Source: the human T2T-CHM13v2.0 reference genome, Homo sapiens. Taken from it: 64,000 nt of DNA. Positions 43,690 to 57,860 of this stretch are shown here, piece by piece. Position 1 is the first letter of the stretch. Each line of letters starts with the position of its first letter. The translations under genes were made by a program, and so were the position numbers. A model generated the notes under the pieces. That model made no database searches, was not told the DNA's origin, and saw only the letters and a program-made list of their open reading frames with translations. Location: the NCBI RefSeq assembly GCF_009914755.1, contig NC_060937.1; one strand, given 5' to 3'.

Positions 43690-46600
43690 TATGATAACTG
43701 AAGCCAAGATGACAGAAATTAGTTGGTATAATGTAGAAGAAATATTCTAAAATTATTGAGAGGTAAGAATGTTGGAATAATTTCTTATATGTAACTGTTC
43801 ATTTGTCTCAAGAAGGGCAGAAGACATTACCTTCATTCAGCTATTAGATATAAAATGATGAGAAAAGAACAAGAATATTTGAAAAGTACTGTAGAAGACA
43901 TTCTCTTGGGATGCAGCTGGGATGTGCATGCCTGACATTATCATTGGATTAGGCTTCCTGATTTCAGTGGGAATGTTGAGATTCTGTAGAGGTAGAGACC
44001 AAACAGCATTTCTTAGATGCCAGGGGCAGGGTCAATATAGTTACTCTGTTAGCTAGTCAGGTCCACAGTGATCTTTAATGATAACTAAGTGAATGTAGAG
44101 TCCTTGGATCAAAAGAGGTGGTGAGGCCACCAAAATCCCTCCAATATCTATAAAATCATATACAACTCTAGGTGTGCTGAATAGTAGTATGATTTTCAGC
44201 CTTGAGCCATCTCACAGAGCCAAAACTCTCTAAATAAATAAGGAGAGGGGTACCCTTGAAAAAACATCCTGTATCAATATCACACACATTTATTTTGTAG
44301 TCTTCCACAAAAGGATTTGAAGAATGTGAAATATCCAGGCCTTTCGAGGGTTGTTACACATAGATTGAGCCCAAGATCAATCCCTAGGAAGCAAAAGGTC
44401 ACTGCGGTTCACTGGTTGGGTGGATGTCAGAGAATAAATGAAATTCTATTGAAAGACCCTTTCATATTGAGTCCAAGAAGTCACTAATCCCATACTGTGA
44501 TTATTTTCCATACCACAATCATTCCTGTGTGGACAATTTGATTAAATATATTTAGAAAGTGGTAGATTTCCCAATCTTTCCCTGACACATGCTGTTAAGA
44601 CTACTATAGTGGGAAGAGCAATGTGCAGACCATGCTCCTTCATAAAATGATACATCAAAAGTGATGCCACATTTCTGGGACTCTTTCAGAAGTTGGAACC
44701 ACCATCAAGAACCTAGAATGGTGATAGTTTCTTGGATCTCCCCATTCAACTTACTCAACTTACTTGTTTGGTTTGTGCAGAAGGCAGATAGGTAGGTCTT
44801 ATGAAATATAATGAATTGTAGTAATTATAAGCATATCAGACTCCATTTCAGCTACTGTTTCATATGGTTTTCTTTAAGTGAGCAAATCAACACATATCGG
44901 GAAGTTGGTTTACTATGTAGCTGTCAGTGTAGTACTTTTTGGTCTCTATTCCAATAAGTAGAGATTACTATTTTTTATCACTTAGTAGAATAAATGATAA
45001 ATGTAAGCCTTTAACTTTATCTTTGTTAGCCCTCTAGCTCTATGCCATAATTTAGTGTTTAGAGATTTCGAGCATCTCATAATCATTTAGGATATCATGC
45101 TGGTCTATTTTTATCATCTTATCCTTTAGGAAATAATGCCTGTATATTATTAATATATCAATTGTGTTGCTAAGACCATGTAAGCTGAATGTAGCGGTAA
45201 TAGTAAAATAAATATGTTGGTAACATCTACATGTAAGAGGTAATGTAAGATATATCACATAAAATTCAAAGATCTATTTTCATAACATTTCTGAGAGTCC
45301 AGTGGTCCTGGGCTTGTTGAGATATTTCCTCCAAAATAATAGCCTACTAATTAGTCCTTTTTATCCTCTAATAATTATGAAGAAACACAATGGTTCGTGA
45401 ACTTACTTGGATTAATATATACCACATGTGGACATGTGGCTCTGACATGTTTACTAAGTAAACTGCTTACACAACTGTTTACAAATTGTGAGACTAGAGC
45501 TAGGAAAGCATTCCAGCTGGAGTACAAGCAGTTCTTCCTTTGGTCCCTGTGAATCAACAGATCCAATGGAGCTTGTGATATCTTTGGCAGATTGGTGTGT
45601 TGTACGGAACATGTGGAAGCCCAGATAGGAGAGCTACGGTAGAGGCCACTAAGGTTTTATTGCAAAGTCATGTCTTCTCAACTGATCTAAGCTTGTTACT
45701 GGTTTGGGGTAGAGACTATGAGCAGGTGACTGCAGCCTGAGCTCCTACAATGTGCTGTTGTTATCTTCTAAGCATAAAGGCAAGTAGATTCAGCAGTCTT
45801 TCATCAGCAAATTGAAATGGTAATATAAAATCGAGATTTATCAGGTTCTGAAGGCACAAGAAAGATGCATGAGCAGGTAACTGATGTCAATACACGTGCT
45901 CTTATGATTGTACATCTGACCCTATAGAATGGCCTTAAGATCAAGTGCCTATAAACAGATGACCTAAAGGGGGGAAAATTTGAATCTATTTTAAAGATAA
46001 TAGATAAGTTTCTACTATCAGATGAAAGACAACTGCTTTACTATAAACCCAACTAAGGGGTAGCATTAGAGGGAAAGGGAAAGTCTCTTAGTGAAAAAAA
46101 CTACCAATTTATACCAATTCATAGATAGTGATTACTAGTTTAAATAGTAAGGGATTTGGATGGAGTAAGACAGGAGGACTGGTAACAAATTGGTCTGGAG
46201 AAGATAAATGTGGATGGGTCTCTTAGAATGAGTCCAAAGTATGGGAACATTTGTGTTCTGGCAAAAACTCACCAGAAGACCCCTCTATGGAGAAGTTTTT
46301 AAATAATAATTTAGACAATATTACCCCATGAATGTCAATTTTTCTCACCTAATCCAGTACTTGTTTAATGGGCTCACAAATGAAGTGGTCAGAATAACAG
46401 ATACGAACATCACGTATGGACTCAACAACATGGAATTCCCCTAACTGCAGCTGCTCTGATTCCTACTACAAATGCTAGCCCAGCTTGTTAGAATCAGTAA
46501 CAAGATCAGCCCCTGCTATTTTATTTCCCAAAAACGCTAGGTTGTCTTTGGAAATTGATTACATTAAACCTCTTCCATCACAGGATGTGCAGTGATTTGT

Positions 46601-47770
46601 CTTCACCGGGATAGACTTTTGTTATATACCCTGGCCTTCCTCATGCGTTATGCTTCGAGCACAACTTTTATGATCTTATTGAAAGTCTTACATATTGTGA
46701 TTTCAAACATAATACTATTTCTGACCAAGGAACCCATTTTATAGCAAAAGAAATAATGAGCCAACATTCAAAAAATTCCCTAGTATTAGGAAGTATTCCA
46801 TCTCCCAGAAGTAGTGTGCTTTATGGAATAACCTGTAGTGACTGAGCAATTGAGAGATAACTAAGAATGTTCTGAAATCTTCCATAAATAGAACTGTGTC
46901 TCTTTAGACTGAACATATGGATCTGGAAACCAAGGAGCATAAATGGAGTTGGTACGTCTTACCTTTGCACCTAATAGTTCATTTTGTATCTCCAAAACTT
47001 AGGGTTTGGTTGGTTAAAACATTTTGATAGCAAAGAGGAACATTTCAAAAGGAGACATAAATATGGCACCACATAATCCAGTGTGCCTGCCACCTTTCCA
47101 TTTTGAACTCTTATATCTCTGAGAAAATGGGCAACAAAAGAAGCAATCATGTTGGCCAGGGAGATGTATCCTGAGTGTCATAAAGACATAAGGTTGTTGC
47201 TACAGAGTGGAGGAAGGAAGGAGTGTGGAACAATGAGTTGCTACTAATGTTGTTTTCAGTGTATTAGATATACAAAAACCTAATACTGGCAGGACTTTCA
47301 AAGACTCAGACTTCTTATTTAAAATGACTTGGGTTATCCCCATCTTTTGAAGACCTTTGAATAGCCAAAGTACTGATAGATGGCAAAGGACAATAGTGGA
47401 AACAATATTCCACAAACAGATCATCAATACCAGCTATAGCCTGGTAACTAATTACATATATTTTTTTTGTCTTTTCTACTGTTCCCTTTCTATTTTATAT
47501 AACATGTCATGGTGGTTAAATTATGATTTTGTTCATAGGTTAGCATGTGAAGACACTAATATGAGGGAACTAGGAGAAAAAAATGAACATTACTTAAAGA
47601 TTCTGGATTTAGAACTAGATTCAGTAATATTTATACTTTGGACTTTCCACTCCTTGAAAATAAGATTCTTAATGCTTGAAGAATAACTGCACTATGTTAC
47701 ATGGGATATCTTATTGCTATTCTTGTTGCATCTAAAACACTTACGTGATGATATAGGGCTGTCTAGAAGG
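43690..47770 (+). mobile_element. Highly degraded ERVL-class (HERV16/ERVL-E-like) internal gag-pro-pol-IN region
   Basis: gag-like ttggtataatgtagaaga...gaatgttggaa at ~43720; RT-like ccccattcaac...gtgcagaaggcagat (SPFN...VQKAD) at ~44740-44790; integrase SDQGTHFIAKE encoded at 46720-46752. Confidence 0.8.
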
Positions 47771-47779
47771 TAATGGATA

Positions 47780-48322
47780 TCTATCATCATTTGCCTTTAT
47801 TTGCTTAAACACTACATTATGCATCCCAACTCTTCCACATAGATGTCTGAATGCAAATTTTACTCTCAAATATCAGTCCTACTCATAGCTAAAAGTGTGA
47901 CCATGGCTCTGATGATGAGGCACATATATATAAGATTTCATTCTAGGGGTAAGGCTGTGAAGAGGAGCTTTTATTTTGCTGTTGCAGATATTGGTGGAAA
48001 TACCTGGCTTTGAGGGTGGCATTGGTTGAAAGACAGGTTTCATGAAGGTGCTGGCAGTAGATACAGTTGCCATAAAATTCAATTCATATTTAGTATTTGG
48101 TGGTAGCAATGGCAGCAGCAACAGTAGTAGCAACAACGTTTATCTCATCAGCCCAGTTCTGTGGTACAGTTTTAGGCATTTTCCTTGAAATTTAACCTTA
48201 ATACTCTTTTTCCACTTATACCAAAATTTCTTGAGCTATCTAATATTCTTTCCTAAATTCTTTTCTTGCTTAAATTAACTACAGTGCATTCTATCATTTG
48301 CAACAAAGAACTCTGATCAAAA
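47780..48322 (+). mobile_element. ERVL-class LTR (LTR33/41/67-like), probably the 3' LTR of the preceding internal region
   Basis: 3' end taaattcttttcttgcttaaatta...tttgcaacaaagaactctga is typical of ERVL LTRs. Confidence 0.6.
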
Positions 48323-48680
48323 TATGTTTACCTGTAAGAAATCTATTTCTGAAATCTCCACTAATTTATTCAATAAATATGTGTTGGCTATCTACTGTAT
48401 GTAAGGTGACATCATTTGATCACAAAAAGGAATTAACATAAATTTCTTCTTGAGTAGGTTGGAAGTAATGGAAACCTAACTGAGCTAGGATGCTAGATTA
48501 CTATTGCAGAACGAAAATAGCATGAGTATTATGGCAGGCCCAGGAATGAAATCAGCAATCCTAAGAATTAACTTAAAAGTAACAAGTTAAACAGTGTCCT
48601 GATCAGACCAGACAGTCAGAAAGATCAAAGACATACAGTGTGAAATCTGAACATCAGATGCACATCAAGCCATGTCCTGG

Positions 48681-50064
48681 TGTGTCTGGAATTGGTGGGT
48701 TCTTGGTCTCACTGACTTCAAGAATGAAGCCGCGGACGCTCGCCGTGAGTGTTACAGTTCTTAAAGGCAGCGTGTCCGGAGTTTGCTCCTTCTGATGTTC
48801 AGATGTGTTCGGAGTTTCTTCCTTCTGGTGGGTTCGTGGTCTCGTTGGCTCAGGAGTGAAACTACAGACCTTCGCGGTGAGTGTTACAGCTCTTAAGGTG
48901 GCGCATCTGGAGTTGTTAGTTCCTCCCAGTGGGCTCGTGATCTCACTGGCTTCAGGAGTGAAGCTGCAGACCTTCACAGTGAGTGTTACAACTCATAAAG
49001 GCAGTGTGGACCCAAAGAGTGAGTAGCAGCAAGATTTATTGCAAAGAGTGAAAGAACAAAGCTTCCACAGTGTGGAAGGGGACGGGAGCTGGTTGCCACT
49101 GCTGGCTCGGGCAGCCTGCCTTTATTCTCTTATCTGGCCCCACCCACATCCTGCTGATTGGTAGAGCCCAGTGGTCTGTTTTGACAGGGCGCTGATTGGT
49201 GCGTTTACAATCCCTGAGCTAGACACAAAGGTTCTCCCCTTCCCCACCAGATTAGCTAGATACAGAGTGTCAATTGGTGCATTCACAAACCCTGAGCTAG
49301 ATACAGGGTGCTGATTGGTGTGTTTACAAACCTCGAGCTAGATACAGAGTGCCAGTGGTGTATTTACAATCCCTGGGCTAGACATAAAGGTTCTCCACCT
49401 CCCCACCAGACTCAGGAGCCCAGTTGGCTTCACCTGGTGGATCCCGCACTGGGGCTGCAGGTGGAGCTGTCTGCCAGTCCCCTGCCGTGTGCCCGCGCTC
49501 CTCAGCCCTTGGGTGGTCGATGGGACTGGGTGCCATGGAGCAGGGGGCGGCGCTCATCTGGGAGGCTCCGGGCCAGCCGCACAGGAGCCCACGGAGGGGG
49601 TGGGAGGCGCAAGCATGGCGGGCTGCAGGTCCTGAGCCCTGCCCCAGGGGAAGGCAGTTAAGGCCCGGTGAGAAATCGAGCGCAGCGCTGGTGGGCTGGC
49701 ACTGCTGGGGGACCCACTACACCCTCCGCAGCCGCTGGCCTGGGTGCTAAGCCCGTCATTGCCCGGGGTCGGCAGGGCCCGCCGGCTGCTCCCAGTGCAG
49801 GGCCTGCCAAGCCCACGCCCACCGGAACTCCAGCTGGCCCGCAAGCGCCGCGCGCAGCCCGGGTTCCTGCTCGCGCCTCTCCCTCCACACCTCCCTGCAA
49901 GCTGGGGGAGCGGGCTCCGGCCTTGGCCAGCCCAGAAAGGGGCTCCCACAGTGCAGCCGTGGGCTGAAGGGCTCCTCAAGTGCCGCCAAAGTGGGAGCCC
50001 AGGCAGAGGAGGCCCCGAGAGCGAGCGAGGGCTGTGAGGACTGCCAGCACGCTGTCACCTCTCA
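48681..50064 (-). mobile_element. Solo LTR12C (ERV9 LTR), full length, 1384 bp
   Basis: Termini tgtgtctggaattggtgggttc and gctgtcacctctca; TSD CTGG at 48677-80 and 50065-68; GC-rich U3, tandem CCAAT repeats, and U5 repeats gtgagtgttaca. Confidence 0.96.
49095..49390 (-). promoter_or_regulatory. LTR12C core promoter/enhancer: NF-Y CCAAT boxes and TATA-like element
   Basis: ATTGG at 49157, 49195, 49273 and 49314; minus-strand GAGAATAAAG at ~49120-49129. Activity is inferred from the family only. Confidence 0.7.
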
Positions 50065-50567
50065 CTGGGACACCAGGTAGGGAAGACTGCAATCTGAGGC
50101 TCCAGCAGGCGACAAGGGTGCAGAACATCTGATTATACCCCCAGAAATTGAGAAGCCCTGAAATCTGGAAAAGACCTCTGGATGGTAGGAGGGATAAGAG
50201 ATGGGCAGACTGGCCATTTGCTGGCTAGTCCCATAGAAGTGACAGAAACAATCACTGAAACGCTGGGAGCCTCAGCCACTAGAAAGAGAGCCTGAAGAGA
50301 CAGTTTAAAGTTTGTTAGTTAATGGATTGAGAAGTACTGATAAAGCTCCTCTGTGTCCAAAGACGGATCTTGTCCAAATTTCACAAAATCAGGAGCTTAT
50401 TGATAGTAGCTAGGACTTGTACAAAGCTCCCCTGCTGGGTACTAAGGAGAATTAAAAGAAAATTATCTCCATTTTTAGCTTTACTTATATAATTTTATTT
50501 GAGGATCATTTTTCACATATAATATTTAATTGCCTATGTCTATTCCAATTGGCTAAACACATAACGA

Positions 50568-51260
50568 TTTTTTAAAAATTGTAAATTGACAATTTATAAT
50601 TATAGAAATATATGGTGTACAAAATGATGTTATGATTTATGAATACAATGTGGAATAGTTATATCAAGTTAGTTACTGTACCCATCACCTCAAAGAGTTA
50701 AGATTTTTTGTAGTGAGAACATGTAAAATTTACTCTTAGCAATTGTGGAATTTATAATACTCTATTATTAACTATTTTCACCGCTCTGTGCAATGAAACT
50801 AAAAAACAAAAAATCCCTCCTGTCCGAAATTTTGTACCCTTCCATCATCATCTCCCCTTTTTCCCTACCCCTCAACCTTTGTAACCACCACCATTCTACT
50901 CTCTGCTTTTAGGAGTTTGATTGTTTTAGATTCCACATACAAGTAAGAATATGTGGTATTTGTCTTTGTGTGCCTGGCTTATTTTGCTTACCCTAATGTT
51001 TTTCCAGTTCCATCCATGTCGTCACAAATGACAGTTTCTTTCTTTTCAAAGTCTGGATGGTATTCCATTGTTTACATATTCCACATTTTCTTTATCCGTT
51101 TACCTGTTGCTGGGCCCTTAGTTTGATTCCATAATTTGGCTATTGTAAATAGGGCTGCAATGACATGGGAGTGCAGACATCCCTTCAGTAAACTGATTTC
51201 AAATCTCTGGGGGTAAATACCCAGAAGTGGCATTGTTGGATCATGAGTAATTTCTTTTTG
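50568..51260 (-). mobile_element. L1MA (MA6-8-like) 3' end
   Basis: ggtgtacaaaatgatgttatga...cccatcacctca...ttttagattccacat...atacccagaagtgg. Confidence 0.88.
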
Positions 51261-51304
51261 AAGTGTCTCTGTTTATACCCCTCTCTCTTTACATCCTTCT
51301 TTTA

Positions 51305-51930
51305 ATAACCATTTTATTTTGAAATAATTTTAGATTTACAGAAAAGAACTACAAAGTTAACACACAGGTTGTCTACATATTTCTTATGCAGTCTTCCCTA
51401 ATGTTAACATCCTTCATTTACCATATTTATTAAAACTTGAAAACCAATATTAAACCATTCTCATTAATTAAACTTGACTTAATTTATACTTCACCAGTTT
51501 TTATATTAATGCTATTTTTCTGCTGTAGGATCTAATTCAGTATACCATATTATGTTTAATTATCGTTCAGTTTTTCCTGGCCAGTAACAATTTCCCAATC
51601 TTTCCTTGTTTTTCATGGCCTTGAAAGTTTGGAGGGGTACTTGTCAGGTGTTTTGTAGAATTCTCCTCTATTTGTTTTGTCTGGTGTATTTCTCATGGTT
51701 AGACTGGGTTGTGGTTTTTTGTGTGTGTGTGAGAATATCACTGTGATAAGATGCCCTTATCACATGATATTTAGGGGCATATGATATGAAGATGACATCA
51801 CTGGTGTTGTTAATCTTGATCACTTAATTAAGGTTAAGGTGTCTGCCAGGTATCCCCACTGTAAAGTGACTACTTTTTCTTTGATTATACTCTATTCTTT
51901 GGAAATGAATTAGTAAGTTCAACCCACACT
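51305..51930 (-). mobile_element. L1MC4-like 3' fragment
   Basis: ttttattttgaaataattttagatttacagaaaag...ccctaatgttaacatc...ttaaggtgtctgccagg. Confidence 0.75.
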
Positions 51931-52226
51931 GAATTCCCCACTTTCCCAAATTTAACAGAACTCAAAATCAAGATTCATTTTGATTTCTGAAAGTTAGATT
52001 AATATATCACTAAAAAGGAAGAAAAATTATATTTTAAAATAAACTACATTAGAATTCTACTTATTGAAATTAAGATTTAATATGGTGGGTTATCCATTAT
52101 GTTTTGGATAATTTCGTGTATCATTTTATTATATAGACAAAGAAAGTATAATTTTATTAATTATTTTGCTTCTCCAAGAAAAGTACAGTAGATTTGTCAC
52201 TGTTGCTTTCTTATTTTGAAATATGA

Positions 52227-52613
<387 letters not shown>

Positions 52614-53269
52614 TAGTTTTGAATTAATAGAGATTCCATAATTACATTAATTTTTTCCTCACTAGATACAGTTCTTATTTTCTCTAAGAGTTTCAAAAAA
52701 CTTCACAGTGTGGAAAATACTGTTAACAGTAATATGAGACTAATTAGAAGTAAAAGTGATCTAAATTTAGAGATATTAAGTTATAGCTTGTATTATCAGA
52801 AGGGGAGAACAATGATATTGACTTGAAATCTTGTGACCATTTTATGCTTAATTACATTCAAATTGGTTTTAATTTTGATTAATTTGATATTATCACTGAA
52901 CATGAAGTCCATTTATTAATGTCATCATTTTTCTTTAGCTTTCTCCGTCAAAATTGTAGTTTTTCAAAAGTGATGCATAATTTTAATGTTTCTTATTACT
53001 GATGATAAGATTTAGACTAGCATATTTCCTTGCAAAATCTGTTTTGCCCATTCTAAATTGGAGGAAAACTGCAAGCTCTTTAGTTGTTGAAAATACGTGT
53101 CAAACCATTTTCTAAGCTACATTTTAATTTAACCAACACCAAGAGCTCAAAGAAATTAAACTTCAAAAATAATTTACATAGTTTAAAATGATTTGTTATT
53201 AACATTCACCAATGTTAAAAAAATTAAATTGAAGGAAAATTTTAAAAAAACACTTAATGAGAAAGGCAT

Positions 53270-53697
53270 TACTATAGTTGGATGTTTGTCCTCCAAAAAC
53301 CTCACATTGAATTTTTTTCCCCAGTGTTGGAGGTGGATGCCTCATGGGAGATGTGTTGGTCATGAGGTTGGAACTTTCATGAATGGCTTGGTACTGTCCT
53401 CATGAGAATGAGGGTGTACTCACACTATTAATTTTAACTACGGCTGGTTGTTAAAAAGAGCCTGGAACCTCCCTCCCCTCTCTCTTGCTTCCTATCTCAT
53501 CATGTGATCTCTGCACACATTGGCTCCTCTGTACCTTCTACCATGAGTGGAAATAGCCCAACACCCTCATCAGAAGCAAATGCTGGTGCCATGCATCTTG
53601 TACATTCTGCAGAATTGTGAACCCAATAAACCTCTTATCTTTATAAACTACCCAGCCTCAGATATTCCTTTATAGCAACGCTAAACCAACTATGGTA
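53270..53697 (+). mobile_element. MSTB-like MaLR solo LTR
   Basis: ccccagtgttggaggtgg...aaaaagagcctgg...ccaataaacctctt...tacccagcctcag; 5-bp TSD G(G/A)CAT at 53265 and 53698. Confidence 0.9.
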
Positions 53698-56019
53698 GAC
53701 ATAAAAATAAATTTAGGAAAAATATTTATTTTCATATCAATAGAGCCATAATGAGTTATAATTATTATATTCTTTAACAACTTTCCAACTTGTACATACA
53801 TTATAAACAAAAAGGAAAGAAGTAAATTTCTCTTTAAAGAGAGAATACATAAACACTCCTTTGGTTATGTATAGGAAAATGTATATATGCAGCTAAACAA
53901 CAGTTAGTTGTTTAAGAGAGTATAGAAAGATATCAAAAGATTTCACTGTAATTCAAATTAAGTGTACAGAATAATTGGTATAGGAATTTAGAGAGACAGA
54001 CCACTTCAGACAAGATTGGTCGGGAATGGTGTGCTTTTTACTGGGCGGTCTAAGTATTTGATTCTGAATGTGCTTTCTTCAGCTAGAATAGGGAAACAGG
54101 CATCTATTATGGCTGAATTTTAACACTTTTTGTGTAAAAATATACATAGATTGGAAACTTCAATTTTTAAATATCAATGTAAATGTGAAATAGACATTAA
54201 AGTACTATGATTTTAGTTGCCATTAATTTAAATAAAGAGGTAAAATCTGAGGCGTTTAGAAACAGAGTGAAGATTTGACTCTATAGGGTGGAAGATCTCT
54301 AACTACTGAGTATTCTGGGCATGTGTAACAAAAAGTTCTGGGGTTACTTATGACCTTAGGAGCAAATAAGTCTGTGGAAACAGAGGCATCATATAAGGAA
54401 ATAGTTGGCAATGAGGCCAGAAACTTGAAATGTTTTTTGAGGTCAAAGATGAAAGACCTCACATATTCAGACTAATTTGAGGCATAAGAGTAAAAGTTTA
54501 TGGATCAAGTTTTGGAAGAAACAGATAACATGGAAGAAAAATTCAAAGATGAGATAATAAAGAATGACAGTGTCTCTCAGTTTCCTGACATGTGTCCATC
54601 AGTTGTCATGGGGCATCTTTCCGTGGAACTTCCACCCCAGCCAGAGGCCTATCATTCTAATATAGTCTTCCAAGGCCAGTTGTATAAAGAGGTGAACGTA
54701 ATATATGAATTGTCTAATTGACAAATGTGTGAATTATCTCTACCAAGATGATTCATGGCTATCTGAAATGCCAAAATCAAAGATTCCTTTAGTTTGAAAT
54801 GAAAATACAAATGCATTTGAGAAGGTAATCAATTCAGGCATATCTGTTACTTGCACCTTAGTGTGAATTCTTTCTAGAAAAACTTTTCCTAAAGAATAAG
54901 ATTAGATGGTATGAAAGAGAAGGCATGGGGCAAAGAGGGTTAGGTGGTTACAGCCTATTGGTATCAACTAATTCTTCTGCTAATTGCATGTGGGTAAAGA
55001 CATAAAAAGAAACGTTCATGTTGGGGAATGAAATATAAAGGATTATTCTGATCCTAATCATACTACCTCAGTTTCATCTGGATCTGGCCAAGCACCTCTT
55101 TCCTGAAATTAACTTGCTGGACAGCTCTTCTTGTAGCAAATGTATCATGGGATAACCAGTTGAGTGATTTCAGGATTAAACTAATCAGATATCTGCTCCC
55201 TGAAATGAAGATCTTGAAGAATTGCCAGAATGATGAAGAGAAGTTTTCGTTGTATTGCCAGATTGTCTTTTTCATTTATTCATCTTTATATGAGAAGGGC
55301 TGCCAATATTCTCTTTCTAGTACCCTGGGTTTAAAAGTCACTTTCAGAGAGTAATCTTGGGAACTCTGTTATTTATTCTAAATATAGCCTTGAACCTTAA
55401 AGATTCACCTTGCTTTTCATTAGAAAACCTGGCATCTTGTTTTAAACGTGTTTTTCTTGGATATGATAGATAAGCAGACAAAGAATTATGTATGAGTTCT
55501 GAGACTTCTTGACCAAATGTATTTTGAAACATTCATTTTAAAAATATCAGTGCTATCTGGAAACATAAAATGGTCAGTGAGATGTTGAAGTAAAAGAGTT
55601 TCCATTATTATCTATTCAAAAATACAGCTCTTAGTCAAGGCCTGGGATGATTTATGCAACTATTAAAAATTACACATGGTCTTATTTTGTTAGTTTCTGG
55701 TTGTTATGAATTTGATTTTGCCCATGTTTGGTCAAGTTGACAAGTTTCTAAGAATTCTTTGACATTCCATGCTTAATGCTTGTTAGGGGCCTGCCAAGTC
55801 ACTGAGCACACAAGGCTGCTCGTGGCAAAGCATTTGCTTCAATATTTAGCATCATATTCTCAAATGGACCAGAAGGACCAGCTGGAGAACACACGATACT
55901 TGTGGCAGATATTTTAGGCAGCTTCGCAAGGATAAAAACTTAACTGGCTATAGTGTGATCAATGATGAGATAGCTAAACTGATACAGGTATAATCTAAGT
56001 AGGGCCTAAATGAAACCCT

Positions 56020-56454
56020 TTATCAGCTTTCTATGGCCGCTATAAGGCAGTATAAAAATAAAAAGTATTTACTTAGCTTCCAAGACTGCAGATCAATGGT
56101 TAGTATTGCCTCAGCTGGGCAGTTCTCTGTATTATGACTGGGCTTGCTCACATGTCTGGGTATCAGCAGGAGTGATTAGGCCACAGAGCTGCCACAAATC
56201 TCTTATCCTCTAGCCTAATAGACTGGACATGTTCTCACAGTGAATGTAGAGAAGCGAGCGTGAGCACAGGAAGATACACATGGCCTCTTGAAATCTAGGC
56301 TCAGAAACTAGCACAGTATTGACTTCTAAAATATTTAACTTACTACAACAAGTCAAAAAACTAGTCCATATTCATGGAATGATTACTTTTCTCTTGCTTG
56401 GAGAGCTTGCAAAAAAGTTCTAAACTGGGATCATTCATGCAATAAATCTACCAC
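56020..56454 (-). mobile_element. MLT1H-like MaLR LTR
   Basis: ctcagctgggcagttct...gggcttgctcacatgtctg...ctaggctcagaaactagcaca...aatctacca. Confidence 0.75.
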
Positions 56455-56831
56455 CAAGCCTTTAACTCCAAGGTCTGAATATTTTATTCCCAAGCTTCCA
56501 TGTGGCTCCAAGTCTGTCCAGGTGATTCTAAACTAAGATAATCCAGGCCAGACTCGCCTAAGGACATGAGAATTGATTGCTGGTTATTCTCAGTCCAGAG
56601 GAGATAAGCAGGTACAATTTTTAGATTTACAATGGTGATAGATAATAACCAGAGACAACCTGAGATTTATGAGTGTGCTATCATGATGGACATGAGTAGT
56701 ATGACATTTATTAAATAAAATTTAAAGTTGAGCATCATGAAAATATGTTGATCTTTTTAAAGAAGCTTGTTAAAAAGAAAAATTAAAAATTGTGTTATTC
56801 TTTGTATTCTTGTAATGCTGTTACACTTGAG

Positions 56832-56915
56832 AGATTCATTTTTCAAAAAATGTTTATTGAGTGCCTTTTTATATGTCAAGCAGTGCTTGCCACTAAAGAC
56901 ATAAAGTCAAATGAA
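56832..56915 (-). mobile_element. L2 tail fragment
   Basis: attcatttttcaaaaaatgtttattgagtgcc...tatgtcaagca. Confidence 0.65.
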
Positions 56916-56932
56916 GGGATAGGGAAGAGAAT

Positions 56933-57443
56933 TGTCAGTGACCCAAATTAACGAGGCGCTGGATATATCCAGGGATCGGCCCTGCTTTCCATTTCTCTTT
57001 AGTTTTGTTATCATATACTCTGTCCCACTAGCATGTGTTCTCTCCCAGCTGCAGTAATTGGCTCAAGGATGGATATGTGACACAGGACATCAATTAATGT
57101 CTTTTCCATATGCTTTTCCAGAAGCAGCTGGATGGTAAGATACCTTGTTATCTTGGTTGGATCTCATAGGATTCAGTCTCAGAACTGTCAATACATGATT
57201 TCTGCCTCACAGAGAAAGCTGTCTGCAGGAGAAAATAATGGCACCTATGCTCTACATGAAGCAGAGATGAAAGTGGTAGTAAGGAATGTCCTGAAAAACT
57301 TTGAGTCTGTGAATCCACAATATTTTGAGATCAGTCTCACTTCTTTATTATTTGGTTGCAACTGCCAAAGAAATCTTTCTTTTTGAATGAAGATAGTTTG
57401 AACTGACTTTCTTTTGCTTGCAAACCAAAGGTCCTGACTAATC
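56933..57443 (+). mobile_element. MLT1J/K-like MaLR LTR
   Basis: cagtaattggctcaaggatggatatgtgac...gcttgcaaaccaaaggtcctgactaat. Confidence 0.7.
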
Positions 57444-57556
57444 ATGGAAACTATTAATAGCATCCAGTAAGCATGTTTACAATAATTATAATAGTTTGAA
57501 CAGAAAAATATCACCTTCTGATTGGATAACGTCTGGTAGAATACCTGACACATGAC

Positions 57557-57592
<36 letters not shown>
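57557..57592. repeat. (GAT)12 microsatellite
   Basis: Perfect trinucleotide run. Confidence 0.95.
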
Positions 57593-57634
57593 AGAAAGAA
57601 ACAGGAGGAGAAGAGCAGTAGGAGAAAAACATCA

Positions 57635-57860
57635 ACAATAATCTAGCTAATGTATACTGATTTTCTAATTTATACCAAGTATTATTTTTCTTAATATGTT
57701 ACATATTACTTGTATTAACTTTTTTAACCTTACAGCACCCCAAGAGATGTGTGCTATTTGTATTCCACATTTACAGAAGATGAAATTGACATAGAAGTTA
57801 CATAACTCACCCAAGCCACATGACTAGTGAGAGAGGTAAAGCTAATTTTCACTTAAACAG
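57635..57860 (-). mobile_element. MIR
   Basis: cacatttacagaagatgaaattga...taactcacccaagccacatgactagt. Confidence 0.7.

Noticed and set aside
49308-50058. Many overlapping GC-rich ORFs and an apparent CpG island suggesting a gene's first exon
   Set aside because: Lies entirely within LTR12C U3, where high GC suppresses stop codons
54500-54721. 73-aa ATG ORF with protein-like composition (MDQVLEETDNMEEKF...)
   Set aside because: No recognisable homology or splice context; appears to overlap a degraded purine-rich, L2-like remnant
55160-55354. 64-aa ORF in apparently unique sequence
   Set aside because: Non-ATG (TTG) start, no recognisable domain, and length expected by chance
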